Assembly (NCBI GenBank): GCA_965223265.1
Contig: OZ244999.1
Coordinates: 5,568,001-5,632,000 of the forward strand
Origin: Planctomycetota bacterium
GTDB taxonomy: Bacteria; Planctomycetota; UBA8108; SXIK01
Length of the DNA stretch: 64,000 bases
Direction: 5' to 3'
Below are positions 1 through 9,918 of the stretch, in pieces. The notes beneath the pieces are model-generated. The model was not told where the DNA came from and searched no databases. It saw only the letters and a list, made by a program, of their open reading frames with translations. Each line of letters opens with the position of its first letter. The first letter of the stretch is position 1. Both the position numbers and the translations under genes were made by a program.

Positions 1-20
1 CGTGCGGAGATACCTGACTC

Positions 21-914
21 ATGACCGCTGACCCTACTCCTGCGGCACAAAGCGCCACACACGAACTCGCCAAAAATCCGCATTCGAACTTTCTCGACAC
101 AATCAGAGACGTGATCGCCGCACGCTACGGGTTCTGGGTACAGGATCTTTGGTTCGAGAAGCTCGAAAAAGTCGTCGCTCAACGCATGGGGCGGCGAGGC
201 GCTCGCCATCAGCCGGCTTATCTCGATCTACTCACGGCCTCGGCGCGCGGGGAAGACAACGAGCTTCAAGAGCTCACCGAAGAGCTACTCATCGGTGAGA
301 CCAGTTTTCATCGCAATCCGCCGCAGTTCGATGCGCTTCAAAAGATCGTACTACCGGAACTTCTTCGACTGCGAACGTACGGAAGAATTCGCATTGCGAG
401 CTTCGGTTGTTCCACAGGCGAAGAACCTTACAGTGTAGCTATTGCGGCTTTGGAGACGTTGGGACCGGAGGCCGCGAGCCGCCTTGAAGTTGTCGGCATC
501 GATGCTCGCCGCCGAGCGCTCACGCGCGCCCGAGAAGGCCGCTACTCAGAACTCCAGCTGCGCGAGTATGACGACGCCCGACGTGAACGCTGGTTCACGC
601 GGAACGGCCGCGAGTTCGAAGTGCGCCAATCGCTGCGAGAATGTGTACGCTTTCTGTGCGCAAACCTCGCCGATCCGCTACCGCTGACAGGTATCGACGT
701 CGTGTTCTGCCGCAATGTTATGATCTACTTTCAAAAACCGTTCATCGCGACGCTCATGCAGTCCTTCCATGGAGCGATGAATCCCGGCGGCTACCTGTTC
801 CTCGGCCATGCAGAGACAGCCTCCGACTACCGCGACCTGTTTCATGTCGTCTACACCGATGAGACGTACTTCTTTCGACGCCGAGGCGTGACCGGTCCGC
901 CGGCACCGCAGTGA
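21..914 (+). CDS. cheR: CheR-type protein-glutamate O-methyltransferase
   Basis: IGETSFHRN, 'IASFGCSTGEEPYS', 'DVVFCRNVMIYF' and 'GGYLFLGHAE' CheR motifs. Confidence 0.9.
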   Translation: MTADPTPAAQSATHELAKNPHSNFLDTIRDVIAARYGFWVQDLWFEKLEKVVAQRMGRRGARHQPAYLDLLTASARGEDNELQELTEELLIGETSFHRNPPQFDALQKIVLPELLRLRTYGRIRIASFGCSTGEEPYSVAIAALETLGPEAASRLEVVGIDARRRALTRAREGRYSELQLREYDDARRERWFTRNGREFEVRQSLRECVRFLCANLADPLPLTGIDVVFCRNVMIYFQKPFIATLMQSFHGAMNPGGYLFLGHAETASDYRDLFHVVYTDETYFFRRRGVTGPPAPQ

Positions 915-1012
915 GGCTTCCCAGCCGGACGACCTGCGCAGAAGCGCGACAATCCCACGCTTTCGACTCTGAGCTGTGGTATTCTCGCCGCAAGAAACGC
1001 GAGAGGTGAACC

Positions 1013-1309
1013 ATGCCGGCTTACGTCATAGTGGATGTCCAGGTTAGCGACGCCGCGACCTACGAAAAGTACAAGCAAGCCGTTTTGCCAACGATAGAAG
1101 CTTTCGGTGGTCGATTCGTCGTTCGCGGCGGAGCCATCGAAAGCCTTGAGGGCGACTGGCGCCCAGAGCGCCTCGTCGTCATCGAATTCGACGCCGCAGA
1201 GCGCGCTCGAGCTTGGTGGGACTCTGACGCCTACCGCGGCCCTAAGGCGCTTCGACGCAGTGCGTCGACGGCAAACATCGTGCTGGTGGAGGGCGGGCCG
1301 GCGCAGTAG
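1013..1309 (+). CDS. DUF1330 domain protein
   Basis: MPAYVIVDV...GGRFVVRGG...LEGDW.PERLVVIEF...WWDSDAY pattern; GAGG upstream. Confidence 0.85.
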   Translation: MPAYVIVDVQVSDAATYEKYKQAVLPTIEAFGGRFVVRGGAIESLEGDWRPERLVVIEFDAAERARAWWDSDAYRGPKALRRSASTANIVLVEGGPAQ

Positions 1310-1326
1310 TCGCCTTGTGAATCGCC

Positions 1327-1376
1327 AGTGGGCGTTTGCGTGGGCGTTCTCGTTTGCGTGGGCGTCTACGTGGGCG
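1327..1376. repeat. degenerate hexamer tract (GCGTGG/GCGTTT)
   Basis: direct reading of the sequence. Confidence 0.7.
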
Positions 1377-1465
1377 CCCGCGCCTCTTCAACATATCGGC
1401 ACATGCTGTGTGCACCGTTCCGGACGTGACCGTGACCGTGCGTCATGACGGTTCATTCTAAAAAA

Positions 1466-1527
1466 CTCACGGCCTCTCCGTGTGCCGTCCGGTCTCGTCG
1501 GTGTGGGCGTGCGCGTCGGCCGTTCCC
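1466..1527. repeat. ~60-bp dispersed intergenic module, second copy at ~9541-9599
   Basis: actcacggcctctccgtgtgccgtccggtctcgtcgg...gcgtgcgcgtcggccgttcccg vs actcacagcctctccgtatgcggtcccgtcttgtcgg...gcgtgcgcgttcggccattcccg. Confidence 0.65.
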
Positions 1528-1691
1528 GTTTGCGTGGGCGTGGATCCTCGAGCGTCTGCCGCTTCTCTGCCTGATCTTCGTTTGCTTCTGTTCAAGATTC
1601 AATAGATCAGAACAAGAGTTGAACGAAAGGAATCCAAGTCAACGAAGGAAGACCGTCCAAAGGAGCAGGCACACGCCGCTTCAAGGCCATG
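1521..1691. repeat. ~170-bp dispersed repeat, copy A (copy B at 5141-5409)
   Basis: near-identical ggatcctcgagcg...cttcgtttgcttctgttcaaga...ttgaacgaaagga...aacgaaggaagaccgtc.aaaggagcaggca, with an internal imperfect inverted repeat. Confidence 0.85.
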
Positions 1692-1760
1692 GGCGTGGGA
1701 ATATTCTGGTTCTGAATCTGTAATATCCGCCTCTGCCTCCGCCTCCCCCTCCGCCCGCTA

Positions 1761-2549
1761 TCAGTCCGGCACGTCGTTCACGGCCTTGAGCCCGACGTTC
1801 GCTCCGTTCGTAAGGTAAAACCGATCGCCACCGTACCACGCCCCGTCTGGCGAGAGGAGGTAACAGATCGCGCGCGCGACGACATCAGGCGGAATGAGTG
1901 CATGGAGAAGCTGACTTCCGAACATGTCGTGTCGCGCCTCCTCCGAGCTCTCGGCACGGGCCACGGCGCTCGCGGTGCCGACCCGAGAGGCGAGCATCGG
2001 GATCGAGCGAATGCCTTCGTGAGAATGTTCTTGAGCCATCCCGAGCGCAAAGGTAGTAATCGCCGCCTTGCTCGCACTGTAAAACGTTTTGCGGACTGCC
2101 GGCAGCTCGGCTGCAATCGAGGTGAACGGTAGAAAGACACCGAACCCCTTCTCCCGCCAATGTGGATAGAGTTGCTGAAAGACGCGGACAGGCCCTAAGT
2201 AGTGAACGTCGAGCTGCTGCTGCATCGTGTCGATCGACGTCTCAGCGATGCTGCCCGAGTGCACGATCCCAGCCACGTTCACGAACGAGTGAATCTGATC
2301 GTGCTGCTGTATTAGCGAACCGATCGTGGCACGACAGTTCGCATCGCTCGTCACGTCCAGATCCACATAGATGCCTTTGCCGCCAGCTGCCTCAACCGCA
2401 GCCAACGTCTCGCGACCGCTCTCGGCACTTTGAGGCCGCTCAGCGAGAATCACGAACCCACCTTGCCTGGCGATTTCAACGGCGGCTGGACGGCCGATTC
2501 CCCCACCCGCACCGACGATCAAAACGTTCTGCTGATGGACTTCGAACAT
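1761..2549 (-). CDS. SDR family NAD(P)-dependent oxidoreductase
   Basis: GAGGGIG Rossmann motif, NVAG, YSASK catalytic motif; start moved to ATG 2549. Confidence 0.85.
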   Translation of the reverse strand: MFEVHQQNVLIVGAGGGIGRPAAVEIARQGGFVILAERPQSAESGRETLAAVEAAGGKGIYVDLDVTSDANCRATIGSLIQQHDQIHSFVNVAGIVHSGSIAETSIDTMQQQLDVHYLGPVRVFQQLYPHWREKGFGVFLPFTSIAAELPAVRKTFYSASKAAITTFALGMAQEHSHEGIRSIPMLASRVGTASAVARAESSEEARHDMFGSQLLHALIPPDVVARAICYLLSPDGAWYGGDRFYLTNGANVGLKAVNDVPD

Positions 2550-2755
2550 ATCGGATCCCGATAGAAAAACTGTAGTCGCGTAGGCTTCGGATCTCACCAC
2601 ATTGTGATCATGCTCGCAACCGTGGTCCATGCCGATTGGGCGCTACGGGCGCCGCTTCGCGGCGTGCTCGCCCCCACGACATCAAACGCGCCCTCGTTTC
2701 CATGAGCGCGAGCCCAGCCAACCGCCACACGCAAACGCCCTGCTGAACCGAGAGA

Positions 2756-4978
2756 TCAAGGCCGCAAGGTCTCTTCGAAGAGATCAAACGCGACATCACC
2801 GTTCCATCGATGCCCACCGTCGAATCGATCGAATCGAAGGCTTTCTTCGGCAGCGAGCGACACGTAAGCACGCCGCAGTCGGCGCTCAAACGTGGCGTCC
2901 CAGTCGCGAATGATCAAAGGGTCGCTGGATCCGACCTCCCAGACGCATGGCCTCGGGGCGATCAAAGACCCGATCTCGGAATAGTCGCCGAACTTCAGGA
3001 GTCCCGGAATGATCTGGGACCCACAACTGTATCGCAGGCTGACTCTTTCTTGGAGGAGATTGAGGGCACCACTCACCGCGGCAACGCGAATTCGGTCATC
3101 GAGAGCTGCAGCGAGCATGGTCATTCGACCGCCGTACGATAAACCCGCGCAGCCAATGCGCTGAGGATCGACCTCTCGGCGACTCACAAGAAAATCGATG
3201 GACCAGAGCAGGTCACGAAGGTTCGCGGCGATCGAAACTTTGCCCAGCGCCTGCATACGCACAAATGTCACAGCGCACGGGTCACGCCCCCCGTAACGCT
3301 GTCGATCGACGCGGCGCCCAAATGGGACCATGCACGGAGCAGCGACAACGTAGCCGCGTCGCACGAACTGCAGTCCGTAGTCATAATTCATGCGATCGAT
3401 GTCGTTGCCGACGCCCGAAATGTCGCGGCGGCCGACGATCGGGTGGTGGCCGTAGGCACCGTGCCCGTGAACGCAAAGCACAGCGGGAGCTCGTCGGCGT
3501 TCGGCAGAATTGGTAGAGTCGGCAGCGGCTCGGCGCGGAATCAGCAAATAGAGAGGAAGCGAAGAAACTCCGTCGGCGACGAGCAGCACGTCGAGACGGG
3601 TGTGATCGTCAAAGTCGGTGCGGCCTTCTTCCTCGACACGCCACCGACGCGGCGGCGTGAAATCCCCCAGCAACTTTGCGAGCTGCGAGCGAAACGCAGT
3701 TTGCCAGTCACGGCACTCCTGCGCCGTCGTGCCGACATACCTCATCGCAGGCTCAGACTGCTCAAGAGTCAAGCGGATGTCGCTGTGCACCGGCAAGTCT
3801 GGATGCGGCGGTGTGACAAAGCTCTCCTCCTCGAGCTCGATCCGTAGGTCTTCGACACGGCCGCCCGAGTTCGACGTGATGCGCGTGCTGATCCAGAGCC
3901 GCCCCGGCGAAGGCTCGAAGATGTCCGGGTACGCAAGACTGCCCTCGCGCTGCCGCGCGACCACGATCGGCTCGCTCCACCTCTTGCCGTCATCGCCCGA
4001 GAATGCAATCGACAATTCCTCTCGGTGCCACGAGGCGCTCACCTCGGAGTAGTCCCCGGCGCGGCGGCCACCGGGCCGCTGGTTCCACTCGGTCGCCGTC
4101 ATGCCTTCGGGATACAGCCGGTTCCAGGCCAAGACCAGACGACCACTCGCTAGCCGAGTGAGAAACCCAGGGGCGCTACTGGCGTCGATTCCACTTGGCT
4201 CGAGTCGCCGCCACGAATGGCCTTGATCGTCCGACATTGCCCTCCAGAACTGGTCGAGATTGGTCCGCAGGAGCATCAGCAACTTGCCATCGCGGCGCTC
4301 GACGAGCGTCCCCTCCATGGCGCCGTCGTGATGACCGTGACCGTTCAGGTCGATCGTGTTGCTCGCTCGCCAAGACTTTCCTTGGTCGTCCGACGTGTAC
4401 GTTCGCATGACGTGGCGCGCCGGTGCACGCTCGAGTCCTTGCACCGGGACGACAAGCCGTCCGCGACCCGTCACGACCATGTCGAAGAGCGCGCCGCAGT
4501 AGCCGCGTTCGACCGGTTGCTGGTCGATCCAGGTCGCGCCACCGTCAAGGCTGCGCGCACACCACACCTCGAGACGCGTGTCGTGGGACGGCTCCTTGGT
4601 CTCCGAGTTCCATTCGAAACGCTGAGTCGAAAGATCCATGAAGACGAGCACGACGGCCCCCGAGGGCGTACGCGCCAGGGCTCTCCACTCCCGAGCGATG
4701 CGCGGATCGCGCTCCGCAAGAATACGCCCTGAATCAGTCCACGTCTTGCCGTCGTCGTCGCTCCAGTGCGCGGCGTTGCCTTCGACTGTCAAAAGTCGAC
4801 CGTCATCCAGGCGGACGAAAGGCCCGCTCTTTGAGAGATTGGCGCGCCGAACAAGACGATGGAGCTCGGGTCCGTCGCTCTCAGTGGCGGTCTGACTCTG
4901 CAGAGAACCCGGCGTCGCAAATGGGAGGATGAGGACGATCCATCCTGAAGCAAGACGCTGGAACTGAATACTCCGCAT
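2756..4978 (-). CDS. secreted sialidase-like (BNR/Asp-box) propeller fused to an alpha/beta-hydrolase (dienelactone hydrolase/acetylxylan esterase-like)
   Basis: five SxDxGxxW Asp boxes; C-terminal 'LCVHGHG', GLSYGG nucleophile elbow, 'GGHRW'; ATG 4978 with GGAG RBS and a hydrophobic N-terminus. Confidence 0.8.
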   Translation of the reverse strand: MRSIQFQRLASGWIVLILPFATPGSLQSQTATESDGPELHRLVRRANLSKSGPFVRLDDGRLLTVEGNAAHWSDDDGKTWTDSGRILAERDPRIAREWRALARTPSGAVVLVFMDLSTQRFEWNSETKEPSHDTRLEVWCARSLDGGATWIDQQPVERGYCGALFDMVVTGRGRLVVPVQGLERAPARHVMRTYTSDDQGKSWRASNTIDLNGHGHHDGAMEGTLVERRDGKLLMLLRTNLDQFWRAMSDDQGHSWRRLEPSGIDASSAPGFLTRLASGRLVLAWNRLYPEGMTATEWNQRPGGRRAGDYSEVSASWHREELSIAFSGDDGKRWSEPIVVARQREGSLAYPDIFEPSPGRLWISTRITSNSGGRVEDLRIELEEESFVTPPHPDLPVHSDIRLTLEQSEPAMRYVGTTAQECRDWQTAFRSQLAKLLGDFTPPRRWRVEEEGRTDFDDHTRLDVLLVADGVSSLPLYLLIPRRAAADSTNSAERRRAPAVLCVHGHGAYGHHPIVGRRDISGVGNDIDRMNYDYGLQFVRRGYVVAAPCMVPFGRRVDRQRYGGRDPCAVTFVRMQALGKVSIAANLRDLLWSIDFLVSRREVDPQRIGCAGLSYGGRMTMLAAALDDRIRVAAVSGALNLLQERVSLRYSCGSQIIPGLLKFGDYSEIGSLIAPRPCVWEVGSSDPLIIRDWDATFERRLRRAYVSLAAEESLRFDRFDGGHRWNGDVAFDLFEETLRP

Positions 4979-5140
4979 GGCGTTCTCCGTCGACGGGTTG
5001 ATTGCGAGCGTTCGAACGATGAGCGGCGCTGTCGGAGCTCGCTCAAACCTCCAGAAGGATATCCCGGGCTGGTGTTGGCTCACCAGGTTTTTGAATGAAG
5101 GCGCGGTTGTCGTTTGGGAGGGCGTCCCCGTTCCCGTTTG

Positions 5141-5409
5141 CGTTCCCGTTTGCGTGGGCGTGGGCGTGGATCCTCGAGCGCCTACCGCTTCTCTGCCTGA
5201 TCTTCGTTTGCTTCGTTTGCTTCTGTTCAAGACTCAAGAGATCAGAACAAGAATTGAACGAAAGGAAACCAAGTCAACGAAGGAAGACCGTCTAAAGGAG
5301 CAGGCAACGCCGTGTGTCGTCCGGACGGCACATAGCAAGTGCCTGCTACTTTGAAGATTGGCGGCGATACGTGTCTATAGTAGCAGGCACACGCCGCTTT
5401 AAGGCCATG
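5141..5409. repeat. ~170-bp dispersed repeat, copy B, containing an extra REP-bearing segment
   Basis: matches 1521-1691, with ~80 extra bp between two agcaggca direct repeats. Confidence 0.85.
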
Positions 5410-5648
5410 CGCTTTTGCTTTTGCTTTTGCTTTTGCGTTTGCGTTTGCTTTTGCGTTTGCTTTTGTGTTTGCTTTTGCGTTTGCGTTTGCGTTTGCGTGG
5501 GCGTGGGCGTTTGCGTGGGCGTGGGCGTTTGCGAGGGCGTGGGCGTGGGAGATTGTGAGTGCGAGTGCGGCCCGTTTCCGTCTCTGGATCCGTATCCGCT
5601 TCTGATGCTGCCTCCGCCTCTGTCTCTGCCTCCGCCTCTGCATCTGTA
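5410..5648. repeat. hexamer microsatellite tract (GCTTTT/GCGTTT/GCGTGG grading into TCCGCC/TCTGCC)
   Basis: 6-bp periodicity visible throughout. Confidence 0.85.
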
Positions 5649-5788
5649 GCAGGGGTCACCGTACGGCGGCGGTCATTCTCGAGTGTACGCGGTGCTCGGG
5701 GCCGTCAGGGGTGCCTTCGCTGCGCTCGGCGTTTCGCGCCCTGGCTGTGAAGGTTTTAAAACGTGCCGTCAAAACTCGCGCTCACGTT

Positions 5789-5877
5789 CGGAACGGCACA
5801 CGGCGTGTGCCTGCTACTTTGAAGAGCGCGTTGGCGACGTCTCTATAGTGGCAGGCACACTCCCGTGTGCCGTTCCG
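5789..5877. repeat. GTAG-family REP pair (inverted)
   Basis: cggaacggcacacggcgtgtgcctgctac ... gtggcaggcacactcccgtgtgccgttccg. Confidence 0.75.
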
Positions 5878-5950
5878 GAGGGTTCCGTGAGTTGCGACGG
5901 TGACTCTGCGTCTGGCGCCGTATCTGTATCTGTAGTACTGGCCCTTGGAA

Positions 5951-8128
5951 TCAGCGCTCGTCGAATCCCGCTTCGTCTTCCGTCGATGAGGAAGCTGCCG
6001 GAGAGGTCGATGCCGCGGCACGAGCTTGACATGATCGAATGCGATCGTCGACGTCTCGAAATCCGGGGCGGCGCTTGCCGCAGCGTCGAAATCGCTCGAT
6101 CGCTTCGTCGTACTGCTCACGCTCTTCGAACGCACAGCCTTCCGCGTAGTCGACTTCCAGCTCGAGAAGCGGAATGCGCTCGTCGACGTCTTTGTACCCA
6201 GTACACTGCTTGCGGATTTCCTTGGCGTACGAGTACGCAAGGGAGAACTGCGCCTTCCGCTGCGCCTCAACCATTGCCTCGTAGCCGACTTCGAGACGCT
6301 CGACAGTGCTATCGATCCGCTCCGCCAATCTCCTGGCTTCTGTGTGGCTGCTGTACTTGTCGAGAACGAGTTGGAACTGTTGGCGCGCTTCGACAAGTCG
6401 ACGATCATCATAGAGCTTTCGCGCGATGTCCAGATCCTCCATCGCACTGCGGATCCGCCTCAATCGATCCTTGGCGTCCCGGCACGGTGTAGAAATCGAC
6501 AGGCACTCGTCATAGAGAGCACGAGCGCGCTTCAGATTCGATTGCCGTTCTGCATCTACCGCGCGGTCGTAGATGTTGTACGCTGTCTCGATGCCCGATT
6601 CCACATCACGCAGTCGAGACTCCACGTCGCGATACTCTCGCTCTTCTTCCCTGCAGGTCAGAAAGAGTTTTCGCGCTTGCTCGAGATCCTTCGATGATTG
6701 AGCCTGGCATGCTGCTTCGTAGCGTTCGTGCAGTGCCGCTCGATCGATCAAAAGATCGCGAATCGCGGTCAATCTCTCCGGAACGTCTCGAAACGGGGTC
6801 ACGATGGTTAAGCATTCCTCGTAGAGAACTCGCGCCCGTTCGTGGTCGCCACGCCCCTCTGCTTGCACACCACGCGCGTAGAGGCTCTCGGCATGCGACA
6901 ATTCACGCTGCACGTTCTCAAAACGTTCAGCGACGTCTTGATAGCTCGAAATCGTCGCCTTGCACATGCGATACTGCTCGCGCGCTTCGATGAGATTCCT
7001 TTCCTCTTCAGCTCGGCGCCCAGCCGTATAGGTTCGCTCGGCGGTTCGAAGTGCGACATCGATCGCCGTGGCTCGATCGTTGGCGTCGCGATAGTTCGGG
7101 TAGAACTGCGAGATCGATCGGTATTGAGACAGCGCTTCACGCAGACTTCCTTCTCGTTCGGCTCGCTGCGCGTCACGATAGACTTCCTCGGCGCGGTTGT
7201 CGCGCGCCGTCTCGAAGCGAGTCATGAACTCTTTGTTGTCAGTGAGCTCTTGTGCCTGAGCAAATCGCTCGTACGCTGTGCGCCAGTCACGGCTCTCGTA
7301 GGCATCATTTCCTTCTTCAATCAGTTTCGCTGCGCGCTTCTCACGGTGCGCTCGACGCACTCTCTGTGCCAGGCCTGGCAATCTAGGGTTGTAGTTTTGT
7401 GCCTTGCGATATGAGGTCAGCGCTTTCACCCACTGCTCGCGTGCGAGTGCAGTATCGCCATCCATCATGAAAGCTTCTGCGCATGCGATCTTGGCGTCTT
7501 CGAGCTCGCGCACGGCGGAAGGATGGTGCGGGTTGAGGTTGAGCGCCGTCGTAAAGTGACGCACGGCCTCTTCGAGGTTCTGGTCCGAACGATCCTGAAG
7601 TCCCTCTTGGAATTCTGCCTCGGCCTGTCCCTCGCGCTCGCGCTTCTCGTCGATGGCACGCTCGAGCGACTCCTGAGCGCGCGGGTGATCCGGGAAGAAG
7701 GTCAACGCCTGCTCGAACTCGCTGATGGCGTCAAACGGATTGCCTCGACCGAGGAACTGCTGCCCGCTACGAAAGTGCTCGTTTGAGCGCTTCTCTTGGA
7801 GACGCCTCACGTGGTCCGGCAGCTCCGCATTTGTCGGATCCAAGTCGCGGACCTGGTCATAACAGCGCTGTGCGACTTCCCACTGACTACGCTCAACGGC
7901 TTGGTCGCCGCGACGCAGGTACATGTGGGCTTCGGCCTTCACGATCTTCTGTTCGATGCCGATCAGCGCGGGGTCCTTTCGCTGCGCGGAGCGATACTCT
8001 TCGAGCGCGAGATCGTACTTGCCGCGCTCGAACAAGAGGTCGCCTCGCGTCATCCGAGACTCCGCACTCAAGCACCCCACAAAAGTCATCAAGATCAGAG
8101 GTGCCACCAAGCGGAGATGGGAACCCAT
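5951..8128 (-). CDS. TPR-repeat lipoprotein (725 aa)
   Basis: lipobox-like FVGC after a hydrophobic stretch; repeated helical A..Y..A...P motifs. Confidence 0.8.
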   Translation of the reverse strand: MGSHLRLVAPLILMTFVGCLSAESRMTRGDLLFERGKYDLALEEYRSAQRKDPALIGIEQKIVKAEAHMYLRRGDQAVERSQWEVAQRCYDQVRDLDPTNAELPDHVRRLQEKRSNEHFRSGQQFLGRGNPFDAISEFEQALTFFPDHPRAQESLERAIDEKREREGQAEAEFQEGLQDRSDQNLEEAVRHFTTALNLNPHHPSAVRELEDAKIACAEAFMMDGDTALAREQWVKALTSYRKAQNYNPRLPGLAQRVRRAHREKRAAKLIEEGNDAYESRDWRTAYERFAQAQELTDNKEFMTRFETARDNRAEEVYRDAQRAEREGSLREALSQYRSISQFYPNYRDANDRATAIDVALRTAERTYTAGRRAEEERNLIEAREQYRMCKATISSYQDVAERFENVQRELSHAESLYARGVQAEGRGDHERARVLYEECLTIVTPFRDVPERLTAIRDLLIDRAALHERYEAACQAQSSKDLEQARKLFLTCREEEREYRDVESRLRDVESGIETAYNIYDRAVDAERQSNLKRARALYDECLSISTPCRDAKDRLRRIRSAMEDLDIARKLYDDRRLVEARQQFQLVLDKYSSHTEARRLAERIDSTVERLEVGYEAMVEAQRKAQFSLAYSYAKEIRKQCTGYKDVDERIPLLELEVDYAEGCAFEEREQYDEAIERFRRCGKRRPGFRDVDDRIRSCQARAAASTSPAASSSTEDEAGFDER

Positions 8129-8333
8129 GCTGTTTCTCCTTGCTATTCCTTACGCGCGTGATCCTGCCACCGAAGAACACCTAATGCCTTTTCGGTCTTT
8201 CATCGGATGAAGCGAGCCGTTTCTGCACGACGGTCACAAGACGCCGATTTATCGGTTCTCGAGCCCGCATGAACTGTCGGGTATTCTGCTGTGCCATGGC
8301 TTAGCTTTTCGACGCATATTCAAGGAGCAATCC

Positions 8334-9410
8334 ATGCACGCCCGACACGTGTCTCTCGTCACCCTCATCGGCATCTGCATCGTCGCGTCCCTGTTCGCCG
8401 GCTGCGCCGCTTCTCGCCAGGGCAGCGACAACTCCCGTGCGGTACCGATCATCTTCGATACCGACATCGGCAACGATATCGATGATCTTCTCGCCCTCGC
8501 TATGCTGCACGCTTTGGAGAGAGAAGACCGTTGCCGTCTCCTCGCCGTTACGATCAGCAAGGACAACGATCTGTGCGCCCCATTTGTCGACATGATCAAT
8601 ACCTTCTATGGGCGCCCGAACGTTCCGGTCGGGGTCGTCCGGGACGGCGAAACGCCGGAGGAGGGGCGCTACCTTCGCCCTCCACTCGAAGCAAGAAACG
8701 GCAACGAGCTCTTATTCCCGCGTGACATTCACAGCAGCAAAGATGTGCCTGACGCGGTTTCTCTGCTGCGAGAAACGCTTGCCAGTCAGTCAGATCGCTC
8801 GGTTGTCATCGTTGTCGTCGGCTTCTCGACGAACCTTGCACGTTTGCTCAAGTCACCACCAGACGAGCACTCCGAGCTTCGCGGCGACGAACTCGTACGG
8901 CGCAAGGTCCGATCGCTCTCAATGATGGCCGGGCAGTTCGCGCCGCCTTTCGAGCGCGAATACAACGTCTACACCGACCGCGACGCGGCAGCGAGTGTGT
9001 TCTCGAAGTGGCCAACGCCGATCGTCGCCAGTGGCTTCGAGATCGGTCGCGCAGTTCGTTACCCGGCGTCGAGCATCGAGAACGACTTTTTGGATCCAGC
9101 GGGCCTTCCACAGATCCACCCGGTGCCATGGTGCTACCGACTCTACATGGACATGCCGTACGACCGGGAGTGCTGGGATTTGACCTCGCTTCTCCAAGCG
9201 GTCGAGCCCGACGCCGACTACTTCGGTCTGTCTGCGCCGGGCACGGTCACGGTCGATGAGAACGGCGTGACCCACTTCACCCCGTCGCCGACGGGACGCG
9301 TTCGCCACCTGACCATCTCGGAGCAGCAGATCGAGCGTGTCCGCCTTCGGCTCGTCGAGCTCGTGACCGCACCAAGCCCCGAGACGGCGGCGATGCCTGA
9401 TTTCGAGTAG
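8334..9410 (+). CDS. inosine/uridine-preferring nucleoside hydrolase family lipoprotein
   Basis: IIFDTDIGNDIDD (DxDxxxDD) motif, EYNV, WD; lipobox FAGC; AGGAG RBS. Confidence 0.85.
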   Translation: MHARHVSLVTLIGICIVASLFAGCAASRQGSDNSRAVPIIFDTDIGNDIDDLLALAMLHALEREDRCRLLAVTISKDNDLCAPFVDMINTFYGRPNVPVGVVRDGETPEEGRYLRPPLEARNGNELLFPRDIHSSKDVPDAVSLLRETLASQSDRSVVIVVVGFSTNLARLLKSPPDEHSELRGDELVRRKVRSLSMMAGQFAPPFEREYNVYTDRDAAASVFSKWPTPIVASGFEIGRAVRYPASSIENDFLDPAGLPQIHPVPWCYRLYMDMPYDRECWDLTSLLQAVEPDADYFGLSAPGTVTVDENGVTHFTPSPTGRVRHLTISEQQIERVRLRLVELVTAPSPETAAMPDFE

Positions 9411-9918
9411 CGCTCGTCCTCGAGCCCGATCGTTCGTACGAGGGCTCATGCCGCGTGCCGTCGGTCTTGTTTGCGTTTGCGTGGGCGTGGGCGGCGTCCG
9501 TGGACCGTGCCCGTAACCGCGGGGCACGACGGCGTAAACGACTCACAGCCTCTCCGTATGCGGTCCCGTCTTGTCGGCGTGCGCGTTCGGCCATTCCCGC
9601 TCCCCGTTGACACGTGGGCGGTGGTGGGCGTACCTAACATTTTGTTTGTGTGACCCCGTATTTCTCAGGTCCACCATCTCATCCGCTTTCGAGCGCCGAT
9701 TGACACTGTTCTTCAATTCTTCGCGGAGAATGAAAAAAGCGTTTTACAGCCTCAACGAGAGAGAGCACCAGGTGAGTCTCTAACCTTTTGATCGCAACGG
9801 GTTACGGAATCAAACCGGGCAAAGAAAAAGCGTTCGCGCGGCGGCACGCGATTTGTACTCATCGCTCATCGAAAGATCAGGGTCGGAGACGAGCCAGTAC
9901 AATGAAAGGTGTCAAACC

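Noticed and set aside
21-914. Orphan cheR as unusual
   Set aside because: At the window edge; partner chemotaxis genes may lie upstream
4979-5230. N-terminal extension of the 824-aa ORF
   Set aside because: Runs through the dispersed repeat; a better start with RBS exists at 4978
5242-5750. Low-complexity ORFs on both strands
   Set aside because: Products of hexamer tracts and REPs
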